Of a DNA stretch of 64,000 nt, positions 13,635-28,393 are shown piece after piece (the stretch's first letter is position 1; each line of letters starts with the position of its first letter). The notes under the pieces are model-generated. The model worked only from the letters and a program-made list of their open reading frames with translations. It did no database searches and was not told the DNA's origin. The position numbers and the translations under genes were made by a program. Source of the stretch: Octopus vulgaris (taxonomy: Eukaryota); NCBI GenBank assembly GCA_951406725.2, contig OX597835.1, positions 8,618,001 through 8,682,000 of the forward strand. Direction: 5' to 3'.

Positions 13635-13918
13635 CAATAATTGAGGGTAAAATTAATTAGTTATTAATCAATTTCACCAAGTAGTGTTCAGTATGTAAAA
13701 GGACCATTTAAGGCATATTAAAAATATTACATTATATAATTAGGGCTTAGTAAAATAAATTACTTTGCCACAAACTGAACTTTCTAGAAATAGCAACCAA
13801 AAAGGTTTTTAGCCATTTCCACTACTTTAAGAAAAATTCTCCCAGATAATGTTTACTCAAAAATAACTCACAAAGATATGGAGGTAAAACAGTAAAATAT
13901 CACAAGTATAAAGATCAT

Positions 13919-13980
13919 TTGAGAACGTCACGTTTCTAGATTAGCGGAAATAAAAGTCAGCATTTCCTTCGTCAGCTCAA
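13919..13980 (-). ncRNA. type I hammerhead candidate in a TA-flanked element (about 13631-14075)
   Basis: Minus strand ttgag-CTGACGA-aggaaat...atttcc...cta-GAAAC-gtgac-GTT-ctcaa; perfect 5-bp stem I. Confidence 0.6.
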
Positions 13981-14071
13981 CATTTCTTAATTTTGGATTT
14001 GAAAGCACTAAAAGAATGAACATACCCGTCCGGCAATGTATCACCTCAGACAAACACCATATATAAATATA

Positions 14072-14123
<52 letters not shown>

Positions 14124-14409
14124 TATATTTATATATTTCCTGTGGACAGATACACAAATGCTTTAAACATGTATCTTTTTTATGTTTTTGTCTTCCATAT
14201 TCCTTTCTTGACCTCCGTTGATGACGATTGATCCAAAACGTCACACTAGTCCACGCGTTCCTTCTTCCGAAATTCAATTCACTGCGCACATCTTCTCCTT
14301 CTTGGTGTTTCATATTGACCAAAAACCTCTGCACATGTTTTCACCTCACGTTGTCCAACCATCCCTCCATTATCATCCTACTTTCATTTGTACTATTATA
14401 CATATAATG

Positions 14410-14801
14410 TGGAGGCGCAATGGCCCAGTGCTTAGGGCAGCGGACTCGCGGTCATAGGATCGCGATTTCGATTCCCAGACCGGGCGTTGTGAGTGTTTAT
14501 TGAGCGAAAACACCTAAAAGCTCCACGAGGCTCCGGCAGGAGGCGGTGGCGATCTCTGCTGTACTCTTTCACCACAACTTTCTCTCTCACGCTTACTTCC
14601 TGTTTCTGTTGTACCTGTATTTCAAGGGGCCGGCCTTGTCACTCTCTGTGTCACGCTGAATATCCCCGAGAACTACGTTAAGGGTGCACGTGTCTGTGGA
14701 GTGCTCAGCCACTTACACGTTAATTTCACGAGCAGGCTGTTCCGTTGATTCGGATCAACCGGAACCCGCATCGTCGTAACCGACGGAGTGCTTCCATTCC
14801 A
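14410..14801 (+). mobile_element. SINE family A (tRNA-derived head)
   Basis: A-box-like tggcccagtg.ttag and B-box-like ggtttcgattccc in the family; TSD tatacatataat; six similar copies in the window. Confidence 0.92.
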
Positions 14802-15202
14802 TATACATATAATATATACATATGTATGAGTGTGTGTTTGTGCGTGTATGTGGGCCTGCGCAAAAATAAAGATTGGTGTCAAAATAACTGAAACCTCTCT
14901 CTTCAAAGTGAAGTAGGAAAACAAATTCATAAGTTTGAAATCTCACAAATTCTTTCACACCTCTCTCCATGTGTGTAAAAGATTACAAATGTAACATACC
15001 AAACGCATTGGTATTCTGAAATATATAATTTGAACCTGAGGTTCCTGATAACGCTGGAACTATTTAACACCAACACGAAACTGAATTATTCATGTTTTAT
15101 AGCACTGTTTGTAGTTACATATATGCAGCCATGTTACTCTTCAAAGAATAACTTATACTCTATTAAAATCTTCATGCTGTTTTGTAATTTTTGTTATCGT
15201 AG

Positions 15203-15310
15203 GTATGTGCCATCGTCGGAGGAACCTTTACTGTCGCTGGTATCTTTGATTCGTTCATTTTCACTGCGTCAGAGATTCTGAAGAAGTTTGAGTTGGGAAA
15301 ATTGACTTAA
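15203..15310 (+). CDS. ERGIC1: ERGIC1 homologue, last coding exon (TM segment and cytosolic tail)
   Basis: tatcgtAG acceptor. Encodes VCAIVGGTFTVAGIFDSFIFTASEILKKFELGKLT then TAA, like ERGIC1 ICAIIGGTFTVAGILDS..FTASE..KK..LGK. Confidence 0.95.
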   Translation, partial: VCAIVGGTFTVAGIFDSFIFTASEILKKFELGKLT

Positions 15311-15723
15311 TGGCAAAATTAGATACGCCACAAATGAAGAGTGAAATATTTACAACAAAAGCAAAGATACATCATGAATCGTCCATAGAAATTTGAAGCT
15401 CATAAACGTTTGTAAAAGAGATCTAGCGGTAGCTATTTCATATATAGATGTTGTGTGTGCATGTAACTGTAAGAATGTGTATATATTTATATATATATAT
15501 ATATATACACTCATAGGTACAGATATACACATACACACACATCTACATATCTATCTATATCTGTTTGTCTGTCTATCTATCTATATATGTTACAATTATT
15601 GTTAGGACACTAAGATATCTTCCTACTTTTGTTGACATGAAAACAATGGTAGCCATAATTCATAAATAAAGAAATTATATCCACAAATGCGGTGTTGAGC
15701 AGTCATTTTTATCCTTCGACATT

Positions 15724-15759
<36 letters not shown>

Positions 15760-15763
<4 letters not shown>

Positions 15764-16195
15764 GCAGAAAACAGAGAGAATTTTGATCAACATACAAATT
15801 GATTACAATTGGTTATTATCTTTTAAAATACAAAACTTTAGCATTGTTAACAGCCGTTTCTGCTACCTCTGGCAGTCGGCGCTGCTAAAGAAGCCTATGA
15901 GAATAATGTTCGTCATCTTTTATAGCACATCTGATATGGTACACGGAGCTTCATCAGAGTGAATGCAAATACATAAAATGAAAGAAGGGAGTAGGAAAGA
16001 GGAGAGAAATAGGGCCTAGAGATGAGGAAAGAAGTCTTAAATTGGAATCATACCATTTTGCATTGGGCACCGCCGACTGACATAGGTAGCAGAAACGGCT
16101 TCTAGCAATGTTAAAGTTTTGTATTAAAATATAATTATCACTGATGGTAGGTAATTTGTTTGTTGATCAACAATTTTCTCCATTTCCTGCCAAAT
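15760..16195. mobile_element. older fold-back PLE-like element next to (TA)n, with a decayed hammerhead motif (- strand 15841-15966)
   Basis: Diverged inverted arms about 15760-15885 / 16067-16195; minus strand CTGATGA-agct...agca-GAAAC-ggct-GTT. Confidence 0.5.
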
Positions 16196-17099
16196 TTAAT
16201 TTTGATTCTTCATAAACTCTTGTTTATCTTCTTATTACCTGTTTCCTGTGAGCATAATATGCTTGCGTATCTATGCCCAGGGTTAACAAATATCATTTAT
16301 ACCGTCATTTACACGTGTCCATGATATTGGACACGTATATATATATATTTTTTGACTTACCTATTTCCTTCTTTTTGTATTTGTTAATTTATCAAACAGA
16401 ATGTATTTCATTTCTATTAACATGTTTAAGTATTTACGTTTTGGGAATTTTCGACCGAATTAGTTTTCTTTAAAATTTCTGCCGTTTTTCATCTGTCTAT
16501 AAGAAAGATATTTTATTCAAAATACTTTTCTCACTTGTCAATTTCCACCGAAAAAATATTTAAGTATTGGCCTTTAATATTTAATTATAAGACTTCTCAG
16601 TATTAATGATATTCTTCAAATAATGTTATTTTAGATCCAGATTACCTTTCTAGAAGAAACATTTTCTCTCTTTAAACAAATTAAACTGGTACTTTTCGAC
16701 CTTAACTTAATTTGGATATTTTCAGCCTTTGGAATGCTCTCCTAAATCAGTTACATTTTAGACGTTCCAAGCACATAAGCCGATATTCAATGAATAATCT
16801 TAAAGCGAAACTTTATGTTCTTCACCTCTTACTTCCTCAGTATTTCCAATTTGCGAATAAATAATATTCTGGCTATTTCTCTTTCTTTATTATTTATTTA
16901 GTTTTAATTATCCTCATTCTCTAAATTTAATTATTTACTCTAGTTTTGAATTATTAACATCTGTTAGTAATTTCCGCCACATTATTTCTGTTCTAACAGT
17001 TACATTTGCCGACGATACTACAAAGTTACCTTTAAAATGTTTAGGTAAAATAATTCAAGAATTGAGAGTTGTACACACATACACAAATGTATATATATA

Positions 17100-17271
17100 C
17101 TCTCTTTACTCTTTTACTCTTTTACTTGTTTCAGTCATTTGACTGCGGCCATGCTGGAGCACCGCCTTTTTAGTACTTATTCTATCGGTCTCTTTTTGCC
17201 GAACCGCTAAGTGACGGGGACGTAAACACACCAGCATCGGTTGTCAAGCAATGCTAGGGGGACAAACACAA

Positions 17272-17310
<39 letters not shown>

Positions 17311-17477
17311 CATATATACGACAGGCTTCTTTCAGTTTCCGTCTACCAAATAACACTCACAAGGCATTGGTCGGCCCGGGGCTATAGCAGAAGACACTTG
17401 CCCAAGATGCCACGCAGTGGGACTGAACCCGCAACCATGTGGTTGGTTAGCAAGCTACTTACCACACAGCCACTCCT
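17100..17477 (-). mobile_element. SINE family B
   Basis: Matches 41170-41576; (GTAAAAGA)-type tail; internal deletion. Confidence 0.92.
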
Positions 17478-17789
17478 TCATATGCAATGAAAATGACAAC
17501 AAGCAGCATTTTATAATATGCCTGGCGCCTTCATGCAATTTTCAGGCTGTACTCACTCGACATGTACAAAGCTAAAACAGGGCAATAAAATATGAGAATA
17601 TACGAGAAAATGCAGGAAGAAGATAGAAGTAAAAAGTGGAAGTGTGAACATCCCAGAAAAAGAAAGGGAAAATAAAATAGGAGAAAAGAGAAAAGGGGAG
17701 AAAATTAATTTCATGTCTCCTTTGAGTGTAAAGCCATAAAAAGCTTGAACGGATAGAGGTCAGAGTCTGTAGTACTGTTCCTCAATTCG

Positions 17790-18415
17790 CGAATGGCGGT
17801 ATTTTCCAGCTCACCAGTCCGAACTTCTCCATGTATTTACATCAGCTGAAAATTTCAGATCTGGAATTCATCAGCGCAGTGGAGTTCTTAGATCGTATAG
17901 CTATACATTCGTTTATCCATTAACATATGCCATGGATTTTTAAAACTATTCTCCACTTTATTATACGTGGTATTTACGTTTGACTTCAAGCTTCATACGT
18001 GGCAAGCCAACTTAGTGGCTTTAATTCTGTCCCTGAGCTGGAAGGAAGATATGTGGTTAGCATAGTGACTTTTGACTTTGCTTTCACGCAATGCGATGTA
18101 ACTATTCTTTTCGACTAGGATATCACGTCGGGTCGCTGAGACATCTGCGTCATATATGATGGATTTAATTATGCACTCCTGGTCTAGGTAAGAATTTCCT
18201 GGATCGCGACAGTTTCAATGGCGGGTAGACACTTGCTAGTAATGATGCCCTTCGTGTAATGATGCTCTTCATGTCAACTGATTGATAAGTTCCTGTTGGA
18301 GTGTGTGCCCTGTTTTAGCTCGTATATGTCATGTGATCATAGCCTGAGTATTACAAGAAGCCACATATTGTCTTTGTTGTTGTCATGGCATGAAACGTAT
18401 TTGTAGCTCATAAAA
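17790..18415 (-). pseudogene. Penelope-like retroelement GIY-YIG endonuclease remnant
   Basis: Minus strand CRDPGNSYLDQECIIKSIIYDADV...SYIALRESKVKSHYANHISSFQL...ATKLACHV*SLK and, in another frame, LMNSRSEIFS*CKYMEKF, following the PLE endonuclease pattern CPL.G.CL..+VY.A.V / YIG / FK.RY.NH..SF / RSE...C.H. Confidence 0.7.
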
Positions 18416-18552
18416 TCATTTACTGCGTTCATTAGAGAATATTAATCTCTCATCAAATGGAGTACTTCTTTTGGCGATGTTACCCTCAGAGAACAGTACA
18501 CCATATCTGTGTATGTATGCATGCGTGTCATGTGTGCATGCGTGTGTGTATG

Positions 18553-18583
<31 letters not shown>

Positions 18584-19488
18584 AGATGGATGAATGGATG
18601 GATGGATGGATAGATATAAATATATGTATGGATGGATAGTTGTGTATGTATGATGCATGTATGCGTACATAGATGTGTATGAGTGAGTGTGCATGTGTGT
18701 GAATGCACTGTGGTTTTGTGTGTGTGTGTGTAGGTTTCTCTTGTAGGTTTCTCATTTACCATATGCACTAACGAAATGAAAATTGACCCGTAAAACTCCA
18801 ATTATAGTAGCCCAGACTGAACTATGAATTTGACCGCTTTTGCAAATATATGTTCATTTGCTAACTTTTTTCAAATAATACTTACTTTTTTAGCAACGTA
18901 TACTTTTAAAAACGGATCATAAAAAAAAGAAAGAATATTGATCTTCAACTTCGACCTTCAACGACCACATTGCTACTTGTTTTTCTTTTCCAAAACTGTA
19001 CACCTGCAATAAAAAACAAATGTGTCGGCTATGTACCCAACAATAATCCGAAATTTGTCAGAATGTCTGAAATGTTGCGGATCAATTTTTTTCTCATTTT
19101 GTAGTCATGTCTTCTTGTTCTAAAACGCATCAAAACCTTATATTTTTAGTTAGATAAATGTGATTTATACATTCATATCCGTTCAATTAATTCCCCATTA
19201 AAAACATATTTATTTTACGTTCAAATGCGAGGCAATGAACTAATCTCTTGTTGATGTCATTAAGAGAAATGAAGGACAATTATCTTAAGTATTAACTGTG
19301 GTTTGCTTTATTACATTTATAACTTATATGATATGCATTTCACATAGAAAATTTCACTGAATTAAAGATCTTCAAAAATATCTGATATAAAGAGAAATAT
19401 GAAAAAAATGTGTTGCAGAATAAATGACTTCATTAGCCGAGAAGTCTTAGTTCGCAAGGAGACACTTTCATTTTTCCATATGAAAATA

Positions 19489-20704
19489 TTGGATTATCCC
19501 AAAAATAATGCGGATTTTAATATTTCTTTTATTTTTCAAGATCATTTTTTCAAGATTAAGAGCAAATTTCTTTTTCAATCTAAAATATAGTCGCCTTCAT
19601 TTTTTACAATTCTAGTAGACTTGCAAGGCCTCTCTTCCAAAATTCTGTTGTTCTTGACGAAAAATCCTCCTTCAGTAGTGTTCTGACCTCATAGAATTCA
19701 TATTTGTCCGTTCAAATGATTTTGAAGACTGCGGAATAAAGAATAATCAGATGGGGCAATGTCCGGCAAATAAGGTGGGTGGAGCATCGTTACCCATTGA
19801 AACTGCTCCAGTCTTTCGAATTTTATCCTCCCTGTATGTGACCGAGCGTTAATCTGATAGAGGAACACCTTTCGTCTTGAAATTAAAAATGGTCGTTTTT
19901 CTGCTGGCGCTGACTTAAACCACTCAAGCTGCTCGCAGTAGATCGAATTTGTTATCATTTTGTTTGGGTTTAAAAGTTCAAAATGGACTAAACCTTTCAT
20001 ATCCCACCAAACAGTTAACAACACTTTACGTGGCTAAAGACCTGGGGTGCCGATGTTTCTCCTTTCCGTACCCACTGTCTTCGGCACTTGATATTTTTAT
20101 AGAGAACCCATTTCTCGTTACCAGTCACTATTCAGTCCGAAAAAGGTTCCTTCGCGAGAGGTGTCAGCAAAGAAGAGAACACATTCACACTGTGCGTGGG
20201 ATTAGACTCGGAAAGTTTGCGAGGAATCTAGTGAGCCAATTTGGTGACTTTTCCGACGGCACGCACATGTCGATGAATGGTTCAATGACCAAATCCAAGC
20301 TTCTCTGCTAGTTCCTTAAGAGTTACGATGTTTTTTTTTTCTTGTTCCAGCGGGGTTTTCAGGATGTCCTCGCTGACTTCGACTGATCTTCCAGGACGAG
20401 GATCGTCTTCTAGATCGTAGTTTCCAGCTCAGGATGTCTGGAACCACCATTGACATTAGCTTACGCGTATTTTCCGATCCCCATAAACGGCATTGATATT
20501 CCTCGCACTTCCCGTTGCGTTGTTGTCTTTACTGAACTCATAAAGCAAAATATGCCGAATACGCTCCTTTCTCGCTTCCATTATAGCTTTGAAAAACTAG
20601 CTGTTAAAATCAAATTGCTCTCTTCAAAACTTGTAAAATTACCTATCCGAATTTTAGATCATGCAATTTAAAAAAAAGAACGCATTAATTATGGGATGAC
20701 TCAA
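19489..20704 (-). mobile_element. full-length decayed mariner transposon
   Basis: Imperfect TIRs ttggattatcccaaaaataatgcg / ttgagtcatcccataattaatgcg with TA TSDs. Broken transposase from ATG 20581 (MEARKERIRHILLYEF...LEDDPRPGR, VTGNEKWVLY, YLPDIAPSDYSLFRSL) to a stop at 19575. Confidence 0.92.
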
Positions 20705-21280
20705 TAGATTGATGTATATAGTTGGTCACATGTAATTTACATATTTCAACAGAGAAGGTTAAGGAAAATTACTCAGAATAAATCACTCAGAATACGAAAG
20801 TTTAGATAATGGTCCCAATGAAGCAGCATCAAGTGTCTCCAGCAGTGTTGTGATTGGAGGCAGGATCACTTTCCTCAGCGGATAACTCAAACTGAGAATG
20901 TATTGTTAATACTATGAAATTGTCTTACGATATGATTGCTGATAATAATAATAAGTAAGATTTATCCATCAGTGTCGGATTCAGAAGAGAGTAAATAACG
21001 ATTTTAATGCACATGGCATGAGATATGTACCGCTGTAATCATATGTGTGTATGTGTGCGTGCGTGTATGTGTATGTGTGTGTGTATGCGTGTGTGTGAAT
21101 GTGTGTGTGTGTGAACAATTTTGCCAACAGTCTTGTTTTCAATATACCCGTATTCGTATACGAAAAATGATTGATGATCGTATTCTGTGAAATATATTCA
21201 CGCAATGAAGTAATCAGTGATTTGTTTGTACGTCATAGTTTCATATGGAAACAATGTCATGTATAGATTTCCTATACTGT

Positions 21281-21678
21281 TTTACTGTTTACTTGTTTCA
21301 GTCATTTGACTGCAGCCATGCTGGAGCACCGCCTTTAGTCGAGCAAATCGACCCCGGGACTTATTCTTTTGTAAGCCCAGTACTTAATCTATCGGTCTCT
21401 TTTGCCGAACCGCTAAGTGACGGGGACGTAAACACACAAGCATCGGTTGTCAAGCAATGCTAGGGGGACAAACACAGACACACAAACATATACACACACA
21501 CATATATATATATATACATATATACGACAGGCTTCTTTCAGTTTCCGTCTACCAAATCCACTCACAAGGCTTTGGTCGGCCCGAGGCTATAGCAGAAGAC
21601 ACTTGCCACGCAGTGGGACTGAACCCGGAACCATGTGGTTGGTTAGCAAGCAACTTACCACACAGCCACTCCTGCGCC
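21281..21678 (-). mobile_element. SINE family B
   Basis: Matches 41170-41576. Confidence 0.93.
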
Positions 21679-22737
21679 TACATTCCCTCTTTCTGTCTGT
21701 CCGTCCTGTCCTTACTATCTTACTTATGCGATTACCTATATACTTGGAAATATTGTACTCATGGATGCAGTAGATTTAATTTACTGGGAAATAAGTTGGT
21801 TGTTCACAACGCTTATCAGACTTTCTTTTTCCAGGATCTTTTTCAGGCGAAGAAATAGAAAGATGAGCGTGTACATATGTACGCCATTGTACGTGCGCTT
21901 GACGAAATTCGGCGCAGTTTTACTCGACTAAATTCTACTCAGACGTCAAAGGTCAACCGATAAAACTAAACGTGTATTGTTGCAGCTGGGTTCCTAAGAT
22001 ACTGCATAGTGGGATCGAAATCAAAACCTTTCTATGCAGATCACATTTCTTACCCAAATAGTGACTGTGATAAGACCTTCAACTATTTCCACACTTGTTT
22101 CACTTTACACACCGAATCATAACAATCTGATGAAGTGTTCTGAATGCTTAAGGAAATTCTATGCATATATGTATTAGAAGTAATTTCCCTAACGAAAACT
22201 GTCTGGCAAATAATGTTCTACATTAATATTCAGTTCCAGATCATGTCTTTGATTGTCATCTTCCCATATTCAGGTGATTTAAATATTTAAATAATTTATT
22301 TTGAACATATATTCGATGTTCAAAATCTTGAAGGTTCCAAATTACATTATAGATTCCTGACAGCAATTCCGCTTATTCTCTCTCTCTCTCATTCTGCCCC
22401 CATCTCGCTCTCCCTCTCGCTCTCTTATTTCGCATTTATTGTTGCTTGCTGTTCTGTTGTACTAAGTATGTTTACATATATCCGTATACATATCACATAC
22501 GTACAGATTTGCATACGAACCTGAATAATACACACCCACGCAATACTCACACACATACACACACACAAACACATATAGTGAGCATGTACCTTACGAAAAC
22601 TCTAATATGACTCCGGTTCTGGCCAACCACATCGAATGATATGGAAGAACGCGAAATCGTTTAAGGTAAACAATCACTCAGTCTTTCACACTATTAGTAA
22701 ATGTAAATTCTGAGTTCGCTTTATTGAAATCTTAACG

Positions 22738-22773
<36 letters not shown>

Positions 22774-23676
22774 GCATGCATACATACATACACACACATA
22801 TATATATATATACATATATATATATGTATATATGTATATATGTATATATATATACATATACATATATATACATATATATATACACATATATATATATAAA
22901 TATATATACACATACATATATACATACGTGTGTGTGTGTGGTGTGTATGTATGCGTGTCACACGGTAGTCTATGCAGTCAAACGCCCAGCGTACACACAA
23001 TCTGTGCACAACTTTTTAGAACAAACTATGTACACAAGCATATCATCGTATAAACTACACACACGCCCGCCAGTATGCGAGTCATTTGAATAAAACGTAT
23101 GTCTTTGGTTGGGCAATTTGAATTAGTGTCAGATGGAAATTTATATATTTTTGATAAATATTGACAATATCAATTACCGCTAACCGTTAAAGACTATAGA
23201 GAAAATGTAGAGGCTGAGGCCCGAAGTTTTATATATCTGTTACCATACTTTATAATTCTCTATATTCAATTCACAATAATAAGTCGCGAAATTGCAAACT
23301 GTAATGTTTCTCTCGCAACTTACGCTGTCAATTGAAATATTAAATTAGATTATTCAGACAGTTGTCATTAACTCTCTTCAAGTTAAATATAATTATGGTT
23401 TTTCCAACTATTATTTTATATACATACTTTCTCATAATTCATTTTAGCCTTGAAATTGTAATTAATATTTTTCTCATATTTTACGTCTTATATTTTACAT
23501 TATAAATGCAAATAGTCAATTACTTAAGCAAAATATATTCAATAAAATTCCTACAAATAATATATTGTTTCTAAACATTTCATTTATAATGATCTTTCAT
23601 CTAAAGAATGTTTATTGACAAATGAAAATCACTTTGAAAGCTAAATAGCTTATACACAAAAGCTCACACATTATTG

Positions 23677-23729
<53 letters not shown>

Positions 23730-24003
23730 GTTTGACTTTTGCTTTACATTTGTACAAGTTGGCTACAAGTCTCACTCGGAGACCTCAAGAGACAACAAGT
23801 TAGAAGTTCATGTTGGCGTTGTGCCTAGGGCGTCATATATTTGGTTTTGCACTTAGTATTGTTCTAGAGAATGTTTAAGAAAATAAAAGAAAATTATGAG
23901 TTATGATTTAAAACTTGAGATTACATATACAGTATTTTAGGTAGGATATGGGCAGTTCCCATGAACACTATCTTTTGAATTTCTGCCATTTTGTGGTTTC
24001 CTG
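23730..24003 (-). mobile_element. 5'-truncated R4/Dong-like RLE non-LTR retrotransposon ending in (TAA)n (23670-23729)
   Basis: Minus strand [26 protein letters not shown] (stop at 23921), the typical IQK.VL.GTAHILR C-terminus, then a 3' UTR and a TAA array. Confidence 0.75.
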
Positions 24004-24038
24004 TTATCTGAGCTATACATATATACATTCAATGTATG

Positions 24039-24223
<185 letters not shown>

Positions 24224-24547
24224 GAAAAAAATAGTGTCAAAAGGAAGAGGGTGTACGATTCGACAGCTGTTTCATGACCATTACATGTTTCGCAACAACA
24301 TACATCCTCGTATCTGCAGGATTTAAATTTAAATTATTAAATTAAGGAACGGTTTACCTGTATAATAAGATCTGGTTGTATCTCTTCAGGTGATAAATAA
24401 TCGCTGTCTCCGCAAGAAAATGTTTGATTTCAATGCTGACAGTTTCAATCCGCTAGCTGGAAGCGATCCACTACACGTTCGAGATGAGCGGCATTGTGTA
24501 CCTTGTCTCTTTACTTTGTTCCACATGTTAGCCTGCACATGCTAAAG

Positions 24548-24999
<452 letters not shown>

Positions 25000-26025
25000 A
25001 GATTGAGAGAAAGTGAGTGAATGAGTGAGAAAGATGTTGGTGGGGGGAGAGGGAGAGAGATGGACAGCCTAGAATTGAACTTTCACCGTAACATAAAACT
25101 AAATGCAGGAAATTGTATCTATATTTTACAAATATTTCGTTTAATTTCCATCCGCCCCCTTGGTTCTGTTAGTCGTTTGTGTAATTATAATCATAGCTGC
25201 TGTTTCCACGCATATCAATGAAGATTAACGCAATAATGTACAATGTAGTTTTTTCTCGCTTTCGAACTCAGTAAACCCATGTGAACTTCTAATTTCCACC
25301 TATATTCTCCTTACATATTCTCCCACTTATAATCGTAGAAACGCATCTCTTCCGCCACTAATAATCAAATATTCAAATGACACCGAAGATAGCTTTTTTG
25401 TTGTACTTCATAATACGAAGATTCATTTACAGAATATTTCTTTTTACCGTTAACATCCAATCATCATTGTCCTACAACAGCGTTTCCTTTTGAAGTTTAA
25501 CAGTAATATACTCATCATGCTTTTTACTATATTTATATTCCATTATAAATACATGATGAAAAGCTATGCACCTATTCTACCTTTTAGCATCGAAATTCAC
25601 TCAAGTGTTTCTTTCACGTTTTCCTATTTTACGGAGGAAGCAACGTCTTCATACAAGAGTATTAATTTCCTTCAATTAGACTTGAAATGTTTCTACTCAA
25701 TTTTCTGCACTATGTTTCGTTCTTAATTATATTAAACAATGATTCAAGTACAATTGTATCTGTCTTTGATGTACGGTTAACCGTTCTATATTCATGCATA
25801 TTTCTCTGCAAACTCTATAGTCACAAAGTTGAGTAAACATTCATAGGCGCGCCTACGTATATACATAAAAAGAACGTGCGTAATTTATGTGTAATATCTG
25901 TAATTTATAAGCGTTTATTACACCTGTCTGTATCTATATCTTAATCAACCAATCAATCAATCTATATATATATATATATATATATATATCTGTTTGTCTG
26001 CCTCTCTCTCCGCATATATATATGC

Positions 26026-26060
<35 letters not shown>

Positions 26061-26073
26061 TATGTAAATATTT

Positions 26074-26130
<57 letters not shown>

Positions 26131-26151
26131 TATATAAAAATATATACAAAA

Positions 26152-26217
<66 letters not shown>

Positions 26218-26263
26218 CGCGCGGGAGAGAAAGAGAGAGAGAGAGATGAACAGACAGAGTGAC

Positions 26264-26308
<45 letters not shown>

Positions 26309-26548
26309 TACATATACGAAGTTAGAAAATCAGGTAGATTAAAATCTAGGTTACGTATGTTTCATTGTTTCATAGATATCGGAAGTGGTAATTGCCCAAA
26401 CGCGAGGTAACTCACAGCAACACATCGGGCCAAAATACAAATAGAAGTTACATTGTCGTCAAGGGACCGTAGCTGAATGACTGGAACGAATAAGGGAATA
26501 AAAGAATAAAAGAATGTATACCTTAAAATTTAAATATCTTAACCACCG

Positions 26549-26607
<59 letters not shown>

Positions 26608-26649
26608 CACACACACATATATATATACATATATATATAAATACATATA

Positions 26650-26687
<38 letters not shown>

Positions 26688-27049
26688 GTGGTTTAATAAA
26701 GTATGTGATTGAGTATTATCTGGTAATTGATAATTCATTTTGATGTATTTCTTATCTTGTATATATATATATAAATATTTGTGTGTGTGTATGTGAGTAC
26801 TAAGATATCTGTGTCTGTGTCTGTGTGTGTATGTATATACATATGAACATATATATATATATATATATGTTTATGACTATATATACCATCGCCGAAACAA
26901 ATTACTTGAAAAGTCTTGCTTCACCCATGGTTCACGGATTGGAGTTACCCAGCTTCTTGCAGGACTATGTTATTCATAGCCAGTCCATTGTGATACTGAA
27001 CATCGGAGTTACATAATGAACATTATAATTTAAATCACCAGATATATAA

Positions 27050-27260
27050 GGGCGGTGAGCTAACACAATGCTCGGCCTGCCGTGCAAAATACTTAACAGC
27101 TATTCGTCCGTCTTTACGTTCGGAATTTATATTCCGCTGAGATCGACTTTGCTTTTCGTCCTTTCGGAGTCGATAAAACAATAGCAACTGAACAATGAGG
27201 TTAATATAATCGACTTAACCCTCCTCCGAAGTTGCTGGCCTTGTACAAAAATTTGCGACC
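27050..27260 (+). mobile_element. SINE family C, degenerate
   Basis: ggcggtgagct...gatcgactttgcttttcgtcctttcggagtcgataaa. Confidence 0.7.
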
Positions 27261-28393
27261 ATAATCACAGGACAGATATTCTACCTGTTGTCACAAAGGT
27301 TTGCTGCATGCGCTATAACATATTAAAATCTCCCTTGTTTTCCTTATAGAAAATGGTGCTGTTGGTTATGAATAATACGAATATGCTGCAGGTGAAGCCT
27401 TTAAGTAGTAGGTGTAGCAGAAAAAAGGCTTTTGCTTGATAAAATATTTCGAGAAAGTTTGAATTATCTCGACATTCCAAGTTTCACCTCAAGGAACAGT
27501 TAAAATCAAATCTGCAAACGAGAGAAACAGTAGTCAAATGTACATTAACGAGTTTCTACTAAGTTTGAGAAGATTACAGCACTGACACAGCCCTCTACAT
27601 TACGAAAATGAGGGCTGACTATTGACCCCACCTGCCAGGTTGCCCTTGTATTATCACAATTTATGGAACTTCGGTTTTCTATAAAAGTTTGCCTCCATAA
27701 TGTTCGACAAAAGGTCACGTAATTTATCATTAACCAGGGTTAGCTGCCATTTCAAGATTCAATAATCAAGTAAGATTAACACATTTATCGGAATATCCTA
27801 CAAGAAGTTCCACTGTATATCATTACTAAATGGATAGAATTGTTTTATCGGGTCGATTTAACCAATTCTCTGAGGCAAATGTTAACTGAAAATATATTAC
27901 CTGTTGTTGCTCATTCCCACTAGAATTCTGTTCAAAATGACATCTACAAATAACAGATATTTTATGTGGATATTAGTATCACGTCAATGATTCCTAGCAA
28001 TTCAATAAAGAGACATTCTCCGGCATTATTCTCAATTTCGTTTCCAATATTATTTGAAGGACAATCCTTTCCAGTCGAAAAAGGATAAATATTTGGCTTT
28101 GCAATATTGTTTTCTAATCAAACACAATTCCAAAATTGTAATCCTGAAAGAAGGAACTTGTAGCCATTTTATGAAAATTTCAATGAAATTATTAGCAATC
28201 GCACTAAAATGATTGTTGTAAGATATTAGAACCATACCTGTGAAACAAGTATATTTTGTAATTATTTAGAAAGATGTAGTGAAGTTCAAATTAGCTTTTA
28301 AATTTACGGAGATATACATCTTCATTGTGTCTTCTTTTGTTATCTTTCTGTGTCGACAAAAATGTTGACTGGGAAAGTTTGAGTTAATAGTAG

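Noticed and set aside
22125-22165. CTGATGA followed by a hairpin and GAAA
   Set aside because: Extra bases before GAAA and no valid NUH or stem I.
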